Below, piece after piece: positions 1 to 13,557 of a DNA stretch of 32,000 nucleotides. The DNA lies in the NCBI RefSeq assembly GCF_000008305.1, contig NC_006055.1:480001-512000 (forward strand). Direction: 5' to 3'. The position numbers were made by a program, and so were the translations under genes. Numbering within the stretch: position 1 is the first letter of the stretch; every line of letters starts with the position of its first letter. The notes below the pieces were generated by a model. That model searched no databases. It was not told the DNA's origin and saw only the letters and a program-made list of their open reading frames with translations. The DNA comes from Mesoplasma florum L1 (GTDB lineage Bacteria > Bacillota_I > Bacilli_A > Mycoplasmatales > Mycoplasmataceae).

Positions 1-452
1 TCAAAAAATTTTAATTCATCAAGATTTGCTGTTGATTTTTTTTCACTTCTTTTATCATTAGCAATGATATTTTTCATGTCAAAATATTCTCTAACTTTCT
101 CACCAAATGCATTACCATCTTCAATAGTTTCTCCAGCAAATAATTCAGGGTCAAAACCAGTTTCAGAATCTCATGCAGAGTTTCATTTTTTAAGAAACTC
201 TTCTTTCTCATTTTCATTAAGTGATTCAATGTTTAAATATGCAGAAAATATATCAATTGATTCTGCTGAATCAGAAAATTCATTTTCATCATCAAAATTA
301 GCATCAGCATCAATCTCAAGTATTCTGTCTTTTTTTCAATTAACAGCACTTGCAAAATTTTCTTTGTTATCTCATATTCATGCTTTTTTAACGCATTCTT
401 TCATGGATAATTTAAATGTTTCTTTATTAACTTTAGCTTTTAATTTAAACAT
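1..452 (-). CDS. Hypothetical protein, 3' end cut off by window edge
   Basis: Minus-strand ORF starting MFKLKAKVNKETFKLSMKECVKKAWMRDNKENFASAVNWKKDRILEIDADANFDDENEF...; AGGAG upstream of the ATG; open to the window edge under code 4. Confidence 0.75.
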
Positions 453-559
453 GCTTAATCTCCTTATAAAACTTTTTATTATTAATATTTTATCAACTTT
501 AAATGTGTTATTAAAAAATAACTTGCATTTATAAACATAATTGCAAGTTATTGATAATA

Positions 560-1177
560 TTAGTTTTTTTCTCTACTTCTAACAGGAACAAATTTTTCTT
601 TATTTTCAGTTGTTCTTTGGATAACTGGATTTTTTTTGTTTTCTTTAGCTTCAGCTCTGATTTTTTTAATTTCAGCTTTTTCAATTTGAGCTAATTCTTT
701 TTCTTTTATACGATCAGATTTTTTAATTGCTTTTCTTTCTTCTTTAGTCAATTTAATTTCTTTTTGACCAATTGCAATTCTTTGTTCTGTTTCGTTTAAA
801 TCTAAAATTGTATTAACAACTCATTTTGTTGCATAGTTTTTTTTATCAATTTTAGTTGTTATACCTTCAACTTCATAAGCTCTTCTTTCGATTGACTTTT
901 GAGTTTTAGGTTCAATTAATTCAACAACAACATCAAATACGTCACGATATTTATATTCAGGGCCTTTTCTTGAATAAACCTTTTCAAATTCAACTCTAAT
1001 GTTTTTTCTGTTATCTGATTTAGCTAAAAATGCTTTAATTTCATTTCTAACTGCTTTATACCTTTGTTCTTTTTCTTTTTTAGCAGCTTTTTTACCAGTA
1101 ATTGTTGTAATAATTACAAAACCTACAACAACAACAAGCATAACTAAAAGAATTATTAATCCTGCACTATTACCCAT
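560..1177 (-). CDS. Hypothetical protein with N-terminal transmembrane helix and charged C-terminal tail
   Basis: Track ORFs 821..1177 and 560..751 join through a TGA(Trp) codon in the same frame. N-terminus MGNSAGLIILLVMLVVVVGFVIITTITGKKAAKK; C-terminus Lys/Glu rich. Confidence 0.85.
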
Positions 1178-1234
1178 AAAAATATCATTCCTTCTTTTTA
1201 ATTTCTTTATTATTATAAATTATTTTTTCTAAAA

Positions 1235-2368
<1,134 letters not shown>

Positions 2369-2374
2369 TTAAAC

Positions 2375-2402
2375 AAAAAAATTACTCAAATGAGTAATTT
2401 AA
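2375..2402 (-). terminator. Stem-loop terminator downstream of the purine permease
   Basis: Inverted repeat AAATTACTCA-aa-TGAGTAATTT with a T-tract on the minus-strand 3' side, between the permease stop and mnmA start. Confidence 0.6.
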
Positions 2403-2429
2403 TTTTAACATATTTTAATTTATTTCAAA

Positions 2430-3959
2430 TTATATTTGTATGAATGCAAAAGCAATGAAGTAAATAATAAATAAGAATGACAAGCAGTAAACTGCTGGAT
2501 GAACTTTTTTAGCTTTCGCTGTTATCATCATCATGAATGAATATCCTATAAATGCCATCGCAACACCATTTGCAATTTCATAAGTTGCAATCATAAATAA
2601 AATTGATAAGAATGTAGGAACTAAAAATTCAGGTTTATCTCATTCAACATGAGCAGCTTCTTTAATCATCATAATTCCAATATATACACAAGCAGCACTT
2701 GTAATAGGTTGAGGAATTAATTTAAAGATTGGGAACATTATAATTGCCAATAAAAATAGAATTCCATTAACAACTGCTGCTAATCCTGTTTTAGCACCTT
2801 GTTCTATACCTGCTGCTGATTCAGCAAAAACTCCTAAAGGTGTTGTTCCAGTTACTGAAGCCATCATTGTTCCCATTGAATCAATAACTAAAGCTTTTTG
2901 ACTTATTTCTTTATGTTGATTTGTTTTTTGATCTAATTGATGTGTAAATGCAGCCATTGTTCCTGTTGCATCAAAGAAATTAATTAACATAACAACAAAT
3001 ATTGAAATATATGTTACTGGTGAAGTTCAAATTTTAGCATTACCGAATGCCTTAAATGTAGAAGTTCAATTTCATGCAAAACCATCAAAATCATAATTTC
3101 ATCCTTCTCATTTTCTTAAGTCAGCTGAACCTAATAATGAAATAGCTTTTGAATCACTAGGAAGTGTAGATGCTAATATAATTGCAATAACTGACATTGA
3201 TAAAATAGCAATTGCTACTGCTCCTGGTATTTTTTTAAATGCTAAAAATAAAATTAATAATAAAGTTATTGAACCTAATATTATTGGTAAGTAATTATCT
3301 TTTAATGTAGCTACTGAAGCCATTGGTATTCCATTTTCTTGAGCTAATCATCCCATGCTTGAAATACCTACATAAGCTATAAATAAACCAATACCAATAC
3401 CAATAGCTAATACGATTCCTTTTGGAATTGATTTAATAATGAATGATCTTAAAGGCGTAAGTGAAACTGTTACAAACACTACAGATGATAACATTGTAAC
3501 AATCATTGCACCTTCAAAGCCTAAACCACCACTAATTCCAATGTTTACACTAACCAATGCATTCATTCCCATTGATGTTGACATTGCTACAGGTATATTA
3601 GCAAATAAACCCATAATTATACAACATATACCAGAAACCAATGCTGTTGCAAAAAATATACCAAAGTAATTCATATTTCCAGCACCAGTATTAATTGAAG
3701 GTGTTCCTGAAACTAATCCAGGGTTTACTGTAAGTATGTACATCAATGATAAAAATGTTGTAATACCACCAATGATTTCTTTCTTCATAATTGCACCTAA
3801 AGTATCAAACTTAAAGTACTTTTCAATTGATCGGATAGCTTTATTGTTGCTGAAGACAAAAGCTTCCTTATTTCTCTGAGCCGTTTGCTCAGGTGTTTCA
3901 TTTATAAATAATTCAGACTCATTCTCAACTTGAGTCTGTTTTAGACTTTTATTATCCAT
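2430..3959 (-). CDS. NCS2-family purine (AzgA/PbuG-like) permease
   Basis: 510 codons under code 4. KFDTLGAIMKKEIIGGITTFLSLMYILTVNPG, MGLFANIPVAMSTSMGMNALV, AIGIGIGLFIAYVGI, and multiple TM segments including the hydrophobic C-terminus. Confidence 0.93.
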
Positions 3960-3994
3960 TTTGCCTATTCTTTCTATGTATAAAATTCAATGAA

Positions 3995-4056
3995 GAACTC
4001 AGCAAAAAATAAAAAAAGTTTTCGTCTACGTAAAAAATACGCATAGCGAAAACCAT
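3995..4056 (-). terminator. Expression-platform terminator of the purine riboswitch
   Basis: On the minus strand GUUUUCG-CUAUG ... CGUAGACGAAAAC followed by UUUUUUU, between aptamer and permease ATG. Confidence 0.75.
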
Positions 4057-4124
4057 AAAACTCATAATCTAACATTGGTGTTAGGTAGAGACTCCTTCCC
4101 GATATGAAGGATTATACAAGTTTT
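4057..4124 (-). promoter_or_regulatory. Purine riboswitch aptamer, U at the specificity position (adenine-type prediction)
   Basis: Minus strand: AAAACUUGUA-UAAU-CCUUC-AUAUCGG-GAAGG-AGUCUCUAC-CUAACA-CCAA-UGUUAG-AU-UAUGAGUUUU. P1 10 bp (with G-U pairs), P2 5 bp, P3 6 bp, conserved J2/3 core (CUCUAC) and J3/1 (AUUAUG), located upstream of a purine permease. Confidence 0.92.
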
Positions 4125-4180
4125 CATATTAATTTTATACTTAACGATTTTATATAAAAAATAGTCAATATTCAAATAAA

Positions 4181-4211
4181 AAAAACTAACTTTTATTTTA
4201 AGTTAGTTTTA
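4181..4211 (-). terminator. Terminator of the hrcA-grpE-dnaK-dnaJ cluster
   Basis: AAAACTAACTT-(7 nt)-AAGTTAGTTTT, 11-bp stem, with an extended U-run on the minus strand; overlaps the dnaJ stop codon. Confidence 0.8.
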
Positions 4212-5333
4212 ATCAATAATATTTTTAGGCTCAAAATTAGAAAGTTGTTCTAACTCTTTAAGTATTTTTTTCTCTTCTTTAGAAACTGATGTTGGAATAG
4301 AAATACTTATTTTAATTAATAAATCTCCACGCTTATCAGAAGTTTGATTTTTGTATAATCCTTTATCATGTACTTTTATTAGTTGACCAGAATAAACACC
4401 TTTTGGTATTTTTAATCTTACAGGTCCATCTAATGTTTTAATGATAACTTCATTTCCTAAAATAGCATCAAGGTATGAAATATTATAATTCATTATTAAA
4501 TCATTTGAATTTGGAATCAATTCAAATACATCGCTTTTCACAATACCTATAGTTATGTAAAGATCACCTGGAATTCCACCTTCTAGTGATGCATGTCCTT
4601 TTCCTCGCATAACAAATTGTTGACCAGGTCATAAACCTTTTGGAAGAGGTATTTCAACTTCTTCTCTTTTAGATTCAACACCTTTACCATGACAATTTTT
4701 ACATTTGCTTTTAAATTCTTTTCCAACTCCATTACATTTATCACAAGTAACTTGGTTTTGAACTTGGAAAGGTCCCATTTGTTTATTAACAATAATTTGT
4801 CCAGCACCATTACATTTTGTACAAATATGAACATCAGAAGGGTTTTCAGCACCTACACCATCACATTTTGTACAAGTTTTAACTAAATTTAAAATTGTTT
4901 TTTTATTTACTCCAAAAACTAATTCTTTAAAAGTTAGTGTTGCTTCTAATCCAATGTCTTGACCTTTTGAAGGTCCTCTTCTAGAAGAACGCCCGCTTCT
5001 TCCCCCACCGAATAAATCAGAGAATATGTCACCAAAGTCCATTCCTCCACCCATGTTTGAGAAGAAATCTTCAAATCCACCAAAGCCTGATCCACCAAAA
5101 CCTGAACTACCATCAAAAGCTGCATGACCAAATTGATCATATTTAGCTTTTTTATCAGCGTCAAGTAAAACGCTTGCAGCTTCATTAACTTCTTTAAATT
5201 TTTCTTCAGCACCGCTCTCTTTATTCATATCGGGGTGATACTTTTTAGCAAGTTTTCTGTATGCGCTTTTTATTTCTTGTTCTGTTGAAGTTTTAGAAAC
5301 ACCTAAAACTTCATAATAATCTCTTTTTGCCAT
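4209..5333 (-). CDS. dnaJ: Chaperone protein DnaJ
   Basis: [37 protein letters not shown], Gly/Phe region, CxxCxGxG zinc repeats ([32 protein letters not shown]); 375 codons under code 4. Confidence 0.98.
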
Positions 5334-5387
5334 GTTCTTTTCCTTTTTAAAAAATAAAACTAACAATTGTTAGTTTTTAAATTTGGT

Positions 5388-7169
<1,782 letters not shown>

Positions 7170-7187
7170 TTATTTCTCCTCTTAATA

Positions 7188-7751
7188 CTATTTTGCTACT
7201 TTTACAATTGCGTGAATTAATACTCTATCATGAATCATATATCCATCTGATATTACAGATACTATTTTATTTGATTCCATTCCACTGTTTTCCAGTGATT
7301 CATTTGCTTCATGAAAGCTTGAATCAAATTCATCCCCCGCTTTTACACCCATTGCTTTTATTCCGTTAGTTTCAAATGCATTTTCAATTTGACTAATGAT
7401 CATTTTAAATCCCATCAAATAATTTTGTAACTCTGGAATATCTGTAGGTGTCTCAACCACTTTTTTTAGTAAGTCAATTGGTTTTATTAAGTCCTCAGCT
7501 AAATTGCTTGAACCATATTTTCTAACTAAAGCTTCTTGTTCATTTCTTTTTTTTGTAAGATTTGCAATATCAGCATTTCTTAAACTTTTTTGAAATTCAA
7601 TTTCTTTTTGACAACTCTCAATTTGCTTTTCAAGATCTTGAATTATTTTTTTATAATCTTTTTTCTCTTTTTTGATTTCTTCAGTTGCAACTTTTTTCTC
7701 TTTATTCTCAACTGAAGTTTCTTCTTTTTTTAATTCTTTTTCGTTATTCAT
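7188..7751 (-). CDS. grpE: Nucleotide exchange factor GrpE
   Basis: Between hrcA and dnaK. Coiled-coil N-terminus and C-terminal [59 protein letters not shown]. ATG at 7751; an upstream alternative start reaches 7769. Confidence 0.93.
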   Translation of the reverse strand: [187 protein letters not shown]

Positions 7752-8772
7752 TTTTATGATCATCTCCATTTATTATTTCTACTATCAAGTTAATTAATTG
7801 ATTAGCTTGAGAATAATCAACTCTTTTAGGCCCAACCAAAGTTAACATTGTTGAACCCTGTTCTGTTTTAATTGCGGTTTCAACAATTGAAATATCACTT
7901 AAATCTTCTGAAATTTCTTCACCTATTTTTGTGCTTATTTGAATCATTTTTTGATTTGAACTATAACTTACATCAAATCAATCAAATGGTGACATGTTTT
8001 CCATAATGTTAATAACTTTTCTAAGTTTATCTGTATCATTAAATTCTGGATTTTCTAACATGTTTTTCATTCCAACAATTTCTTTTTTAGATTCTTTTGT
8101 TTGTAAAATGTTTGACATAAAAGTTTCTAAAATTAAATCATAGTTTTTAACAGTTGTTTCTAAGTTAGGTCTGATAAGTGATATGTTATTTTCAATTTCT
8201 TTAACCGGAGTATCAACTAAACAATCTGAAAATATTTTTATTGATATTGATAAGTCTGATAAAGAAATATCTTTTAAATTGAATAATTGATTTTGCATTT
8301 CTCCATTTGAAAGAATAAAAATAACTGATGCCATAGTTTCTGATAATGGAATTAGGTCTATTTTTTTGACCATTAGTTCACTATTTAAATTTTGCTTTGT
8401 CACAATTGCTGTCATTTTAGTCATTTCACTAATTATTTGACTTGCTTGTTCTAAAACATTTTCAATTTTTGTTCCGCGTTGAAATAAAATTGATTTTAAG
8501 TTTTCTTTTAAACTTTCATTATAATCATCAAATTCCATTAAGTGATCAACATAATATCTGTATCCCTTTGTTGAAGGAACTCTCCCAGATGATGTGTGTT
8601 GCTTCTCTAAAAAATTCATTTCTTCAAGTGCTGCTGAATCATTTCTGATAGTTGCACTTGAAACTTTTATGTTAAGTAATTCTTGAATTCTTTTAGAACT
8701 AACAGCTTGGTTAGTCTTAATATATTCTGAAACAATTACTTTTAAAATTTTAGCTTGTCTTTCGCTTAACAT
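7744..8772 (-). CDS. hrcA: Heat-inducible transcription repressor HrcA
   Basis: MLSERQAKILKVIVSEYIKTNQAVSSKRIQELLNIKVSSATIRNDSAALEEMNFLEKQHTSSGRVPSTKGYRYYVDHL; two track ORFs join through TGA(Trp); 343 codons. Confidence 0.97.
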
Positions 8773-8791
8773 TTGATCACCTATTTTTATT

Positions 8792-8818
8792 TTAGCACTC
8801 TATACATTAGATTGCTAC
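8792..8818 (-). promoter_or_regulatory. CIRCE-like HrcA operator upstream of hrcA
   Basis: TTAGCACTC-N9-GATTGCTAC on the plus strand, compared with consensus TTAGCACTC-N9-GAGTGCTAA; left half perfect, right half 7/9. Located 20 nt before the hrcA ATG. Confidence 0.85.
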
Positions 8819-8826
8819 TTTTTTTC

Positions 8827-10962
8827 TTAATTTCTAATTTTTGTTAATTCAAAGTCATCATTTTCAACTGTTATTGTATATCTAATGTTTTCTTCTATTT
8901 CACCAGAAATTATTTTTTGAGCTAATAATGTTTCAATATTTTTTTCAATATATCTTTTTATTGGTCTTGCTCCGAATTGAGAGTCATATCCTTCATCAAT
9001 TATTTTATTTTTTGCTTTCATATCAAATGTTAAAAAGAAATTTTTATCATTTTCTAATCTTGCTGATAAAGTATTTAGTTCTTTTGTTACTATTTCAGAA
9101 ACATTTTCTTTTGACAATGGATTAAATACAACAACATTATCAATTCTATTTAAAAATTCAGGTCTAAAATGTTTTAGCAATTCTGCTTGAATAGCTATTT
9201 TACTTTCTTCAGATGTTGAACCATTTTTTAAAATATATTCACTACCTAGATTTGAAGTTAATATGATAATTGTGTTTTTGAAGTCTACTGTTTTACCTAG
9301 TGAGTCTGTAATTCTTCCTTCATCCAAAACTTGCAATAAAATGTTAAATACATCAGGGTGCGCTTTTTCAATTTCATCAAATAGAACAATTGAGTACGGA
9401 TTTCTTCTAACAGCTTCAGTTAATCTTCCACCTTCTTCATACCCAACATAACCTGGAGGAGAACCAATTAATTTAGATACACTATGTTTTTCCATGTATT
9501 CACTCATATCTATTCTTACCATTTTTTTATTTGAGTTAAATAATATATCAGCTAAACTTCTTGCAACTTCAGTCTTACCAACACCTGTTGGACCTAAGAA
9601 TAAGAATGAACCAATTGGTTTATTGGGATCTTTAATACCACTTCTGCTTCTCAAGATAGCCTGAGAAACAGCTTCGATTGCTTGATTTTGTCCTTTTACT
9701 CTTTCTTCTAAAGTTTTTTCTAACTCAAGTAATTTTGTTTTTTCAGACTCAACTAGTCTATCAACTGGAATACCTGTTCATTTAGCAACAATTTCAGCAA
9801 CATCTTTTTCAGTAACTTCTTCACTAACTAATGTTTCACGAGTATCTTTTTCAGCTTCACTTAATTGTTTTTCTAAACTTGGTAATAATGAATATTGTAT
9901 TTCTCCAGCACGTTTATAATTACCTTCATTCTGTGAAATTTCTAATTCATTTTTTAAGTTTTCAATAGTTGTTTTGAAACTATTTATTTTTTCTAATTGA
10001 GATTTTTGTTTATTTCATTCGCTTGCTAATTTATCTTGTTCAATTTTTGTTTTTTCAAGTTCTTTAACAGCTTCAGCTAAACGTTCTTTTGATTTATCGT
10101 CTTTTTCTTTTGAAAGTGCACTTTTTTCAATTTCAAGTTGCATAACTTTACGATTAACTTGATCTAGTTCAGTAGGTACACTTGCTAATTCAGTTTTAAT
10201 TGTAGAAGATGCTTCATCAATTAAATCAATTGCTTTATCTGGTAAGAATCTATCAGCTATATATCTATTTGATAAATTTGCAGCACTTACAATTGCATTA
10301 TCATGAATTCTAACTCCATGATAAGTTTCAAATCTTTCTTTTAATCCTCTAAGAATAGAAATAGTTTGATCAACAGTTGGTTCTTCTACCATTACTCTTT
10401 GAAATCTTCTTTCTAATGCAGAATCTTTTTCAATGTATTCTCTATATTCTTTTAAAGTTGTAGCTCCAATAGCTTTTAACTCTCCTCTTGCAAGAGCTGG
10501 TTTTAGAAGGTTTGAAACATCCATTCCTCCACCATTACCTGTTTTACCAGCACCAACTATTAAATGAAGTTCGTCAATGAATAAAATTATTTCACCTTCT
10601 GATTTTTTGATTTCATTAACAATTGCTTTTACCCTAGACTCATAGTCCCCAAGATACATAGCACCAGCCATTAAGCTTCCCATATCTAATTCTAAAATTC
10701 TTTTTCCTTTTAAAATTGAAGGCACATCACCTTTAACTATTCTTTGAGCTAATCCTTCAACTACTGCAGTTTTACCAACTCCGGGTTCTCCAATTAAAAC
10801 AGGATTGTTTTTTGTTTTTCTTGAAAGAATTCTAATAACTCTCAATATTTCTTCTTCTCTACCAATAATAGGATCAATTTTTCCATCCTTAGCACTTTGA
10901 GTTAAATCACGTGTGTACTTTTCTAATGCGTTAATTTCTTCACCTTTTTGTTGAAATTCCAT
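8827..10962 (-). CDS. clpB: ClpB-type AAA+ disaggregase lacking the N-terminal domain
   Basis: [75 protein letters not shown]; second AAA: [23 protein letters not shown]; IDEIHL-like ([12 protein letters not shown]); 712 codons; AGGAGG upstream of ATG. Confidence 0.97.
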
Positions 10963-11024
10963 AATAAATTTCCTCCTTGATAAAAACCTTTTTCCTAGGT
11001 TTGTAATTATATTAATACATAATT

Positions 11025-11051
11025 TTAGCAAAGTCAATAATAGAGTGCTAA
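11025..11051 (-). promoter_or_regulatory. CIRCE-like HrcA operator upstream of clpB
   Basis: Minus strand TTAGCACTC-TATTATTGA-CTTTGCTAA; one perfect 9-nt half, the other 6/9. Confidence 0.75.
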
Positions 11052-11074
11052 TTCTTAAAATAAAGAAAAAGTTA

Positions 11075-11941
11075 CTAAACTGCAACTTCTCCTGTTATTT
11101 TAGCATGACTTTCATAACCTTCAATTTCAATGTCCTCAAATGCAATATCAAAAATTGATTTTTCAGAATTAATCTTAATTTTGCATAGTGGCAATGGTTT
11201 TCTTTTTAATTGCTCATTAATTTGTTCTAGATGGTTTAAATAAATATGAGCATCCCCAATTGTATGAACAAAGTATCTTGCTTTTAAGTTACATTCTTTT
11301 GCGATTAATTCCATTAGTAACGCATACGATGCTATATTAAATGGCACTCCTAAAAACACATCACCACTTCTTTGGTATAGTTGTAAATCTAATCAACCGT
11401 CTTTTGAAACATAAACTTGTCAAAAAGAATGACATGGTGGTAACAACATGTTATCAACTTCAGCTGGATTTCATGCTGAAACAATATGTCTTCTTGAAAA
11501 TGGATTTTTCTTAATATCATTAATTAGTTTTGCAAATTGATCAATTCCACCAAAGTCTCTTCATTGTTTTCCATAAACAGGTCCTAAATCTCCTCATTTA
11601 TTACAGAACTCATTATCATTCTTTAATCTTTCAACAAACTCTTGTAAAGTCTCATTATTGAACTCAGATGATTTTTTAAAATTTTCATATGGTCATTCAT
11701 TTCAAATTTTTACATTATTCTCAACCAAGTATTTAATATTGGTATCACCTTTTATAAACCATAACATCTCATGAAAGATTGCTTTATAAAAAACTTTTTT
11801 AGTTGTTAGTAATGGAAAACCTTCACGTAAATCATATCTTTTTTGTACACCAAACTTAGATATTGTTCCTGTGTTTGTACGATCTTCTCTTTTTTCTCCA
11901 TCTTTTAAAATTTCATTAACTAATTCTAAATATTGTTTCAT
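11075..11941 (-). CDS. thyA: Thymidylate synthase
   Basis: [72 protein letters not shown] ... MLPPCHSFFQVY ... [47 protein letters not shown]; 289 codons. Confidence 0.98.
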
Positions 11942-11999
11942 ATACAATCTCCTTATTTCAATGTAAAGATTATAATTCTAAAATTATTAATTTTCTTTT

Positions 12000-12947
12000 C
12001 TAAATATGTTGATTTTTATTTTTTTCTAAATATATTTTTCCTTTGTTAGTTAATTGTCTACCACGGCCTGTTTTTATAATTAATCTTTCTTTTAAAAAGA
12101 TTGGCTCCATATTATTTAAAATTGTTTGATTAGGTACATTTATAATTTGCGCTAAGCTATCTAATGACAATGTATTATTTTCTAATAGTGTAAATAAGTA
12201 GTCTAAATCTTTTTCATTTAAACCATATTCATAAAGACCCATTTGTTTAAAAACTCATATTAAATTTTTTTCTGATAAATCTTTTATTTTTTCTGTTATC
12301 AAAAAATCATAAATTCTTTTTACTAAATTTATAGCAACTCTTGGAACTAATCGAGAAAATTTAGCAATAATCTTTGCTTGTTCAATTTCTATTTTGTATT
12401 GCAATTTATTAAATGTATTAATTATAATTTTTGTTAAATCATCATGATTGTAACCCTCTAATTCGAATTGTATTGGAAATCTATTCAAAAAAGGAAATGG
12501 TAATTTATTTATTTCTGTTGTTGCAGTTATGATAGTAAAGTTTGGTAACTTTATATTAACTATTTTAGAATTATATTCTTTTCCAATAATAATACTAAGT
12601 TTATTTTCTTCTAAAACCGGATATAACACTTCCATGATATCTTTGCTAACTGAATGAACTTCATCAATAAAAAGAATTTGATTTTCTTTTATACTTGTTA
12701 GAACTGAAATCAAATCACTTGGTCTTTGTAAACTAGGCCCATTAACAATATGAATTTTAGTTTTTAATATTTTGCTTAATAAATAAGCTAAGCTTGTTTT
12801 ACCCATTCCACTTGGTCCTGAGAAAATTATTGGATCTAAAACTTTATTTTGTTTGATTGATGATTCTATACATATTTTTAAATTCTTAATGACCTTTTCT
12901 TGTCCTATGTATTCACTCCACTTACTAGGTCTAAAATCATTACTCAT
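12000..12947 (-). CDS. ruvB: Holliday junction branch-migration ATPase RuvB
   Basis: FRPSKWSEYIGQEKVIKNLKICIESS, PIIFSGPSGMGKTSLAYLLSKIL (Walker A), ILFIDEVHSVSKDIMEVLYPVLEE (Walker B); C-terminal winged helix GLNEKDLDYLFTLLENN...GRQLTNKGKIYL; joins through TGA(Trp). Confidence 0.95.
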
Positions 12948-13488
12948 AACTAATTTGCTCCATAACTATTTTGGTTATTTCATCCACTGAAAGTAAATTA
13001 TCAACATTAGCAATATTTTTCATTATTGTTTTATAAGAAAATCCCAGCTTAACAAGTGATGTTATTATTTTTTCTTTTTTCTGAGTTATTTTGTTTTTGA
13101 AAAAATGCTTTTGCAATTCTTCAATTATTAGTTTAGCTGTATAATTGCCAATCCCTTTTAATTTAGCTAATTTCTCAATATCATATTCTTCAATCATTTT
13201 TATAAATTCTTCAAATGAAAAATTATTTAATAAATAAAAAGAAGTTTTAAGTCCTACTGTTTTAATTTTCACCAATTCTTTAAAAAGGTTTCTTTCATCT
13301 CTTGATCTGAAAACTATTTCAACATTTTCAAATTCAGTATTATGATCAACAATAAACAATTTAATGTTTTTTTCATTTTTAAAATTATCTTTTGTTAAAT
13401 AAGAAAAGTATTCTCCTTTATTCTGATACTCAACATATAAATAATTATCATCCTTTGAATTAATATCACAAACTAAATAATCCTTCAT
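12940..13488 (-). CDS. ruvA: Holliday junction DNA helicase subunit RuvA
   Basis: Precedes and overlaps ruvB; FRSRDERNLFKELVKIKTVGLKTSFYLLNNFSFEEFIKMIEEYDIEKLAKLKGIGNYTAKLIIEEL (tandem HhH); C-terminal domain III-like LVKLGFSYKTIMKNI. Confidence 0.88.
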   Translation of the reverse strand: MKDYLVCDINSKDDNYLYVEYQNKGEYFSYLTKDNFKNEKNIKLFIVDHNTEFENVEIVFRSRDERNLFKELVKIKTVGLKTSFYLLNNFSFEEFIKMIEEYDIEKLAKLKGIGNYTAKLIIEELQKHFFKNKITQKKEKIITSLVKLGFSYKTIMKNIANVDNLLSVDEITKIVMEQISYE

Positions 13489-13523
13489 TCTTTTCACCTC
13501 ATATAGTTATTAAAGAAAAAATA

Positions 13524-13553
13524 AAAAAATCATCTCAATTGAAATGATTTTTA
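13524..13553 (-). terminator. Stem-loop terminator downstream of the ABC exporter pair
   Basis: AAAAATCAT-(10 nt)-ATGATTTTT inverted repeat just past the stop at 13558, A/T runs on both sides. Confidence 0.6.
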
Positions 13554-13557
13554 TATA

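Noticed and set aside
64-534. Plus-strand ORF of 156 aa
   Set aside because: Ser/Phe/Leu-rich antisense shadow of the minus-strand gene 1..452, which has a clear RBS and normal composition.
4583-5212. Minus-strand ORFs 4583..4852 and 4946..5212 and plus ORF 4689..4886
   Set aside because: Alternative-frame or antisense ORFs within dnaJ; composition is typical of AT-rich shadow ORFs.
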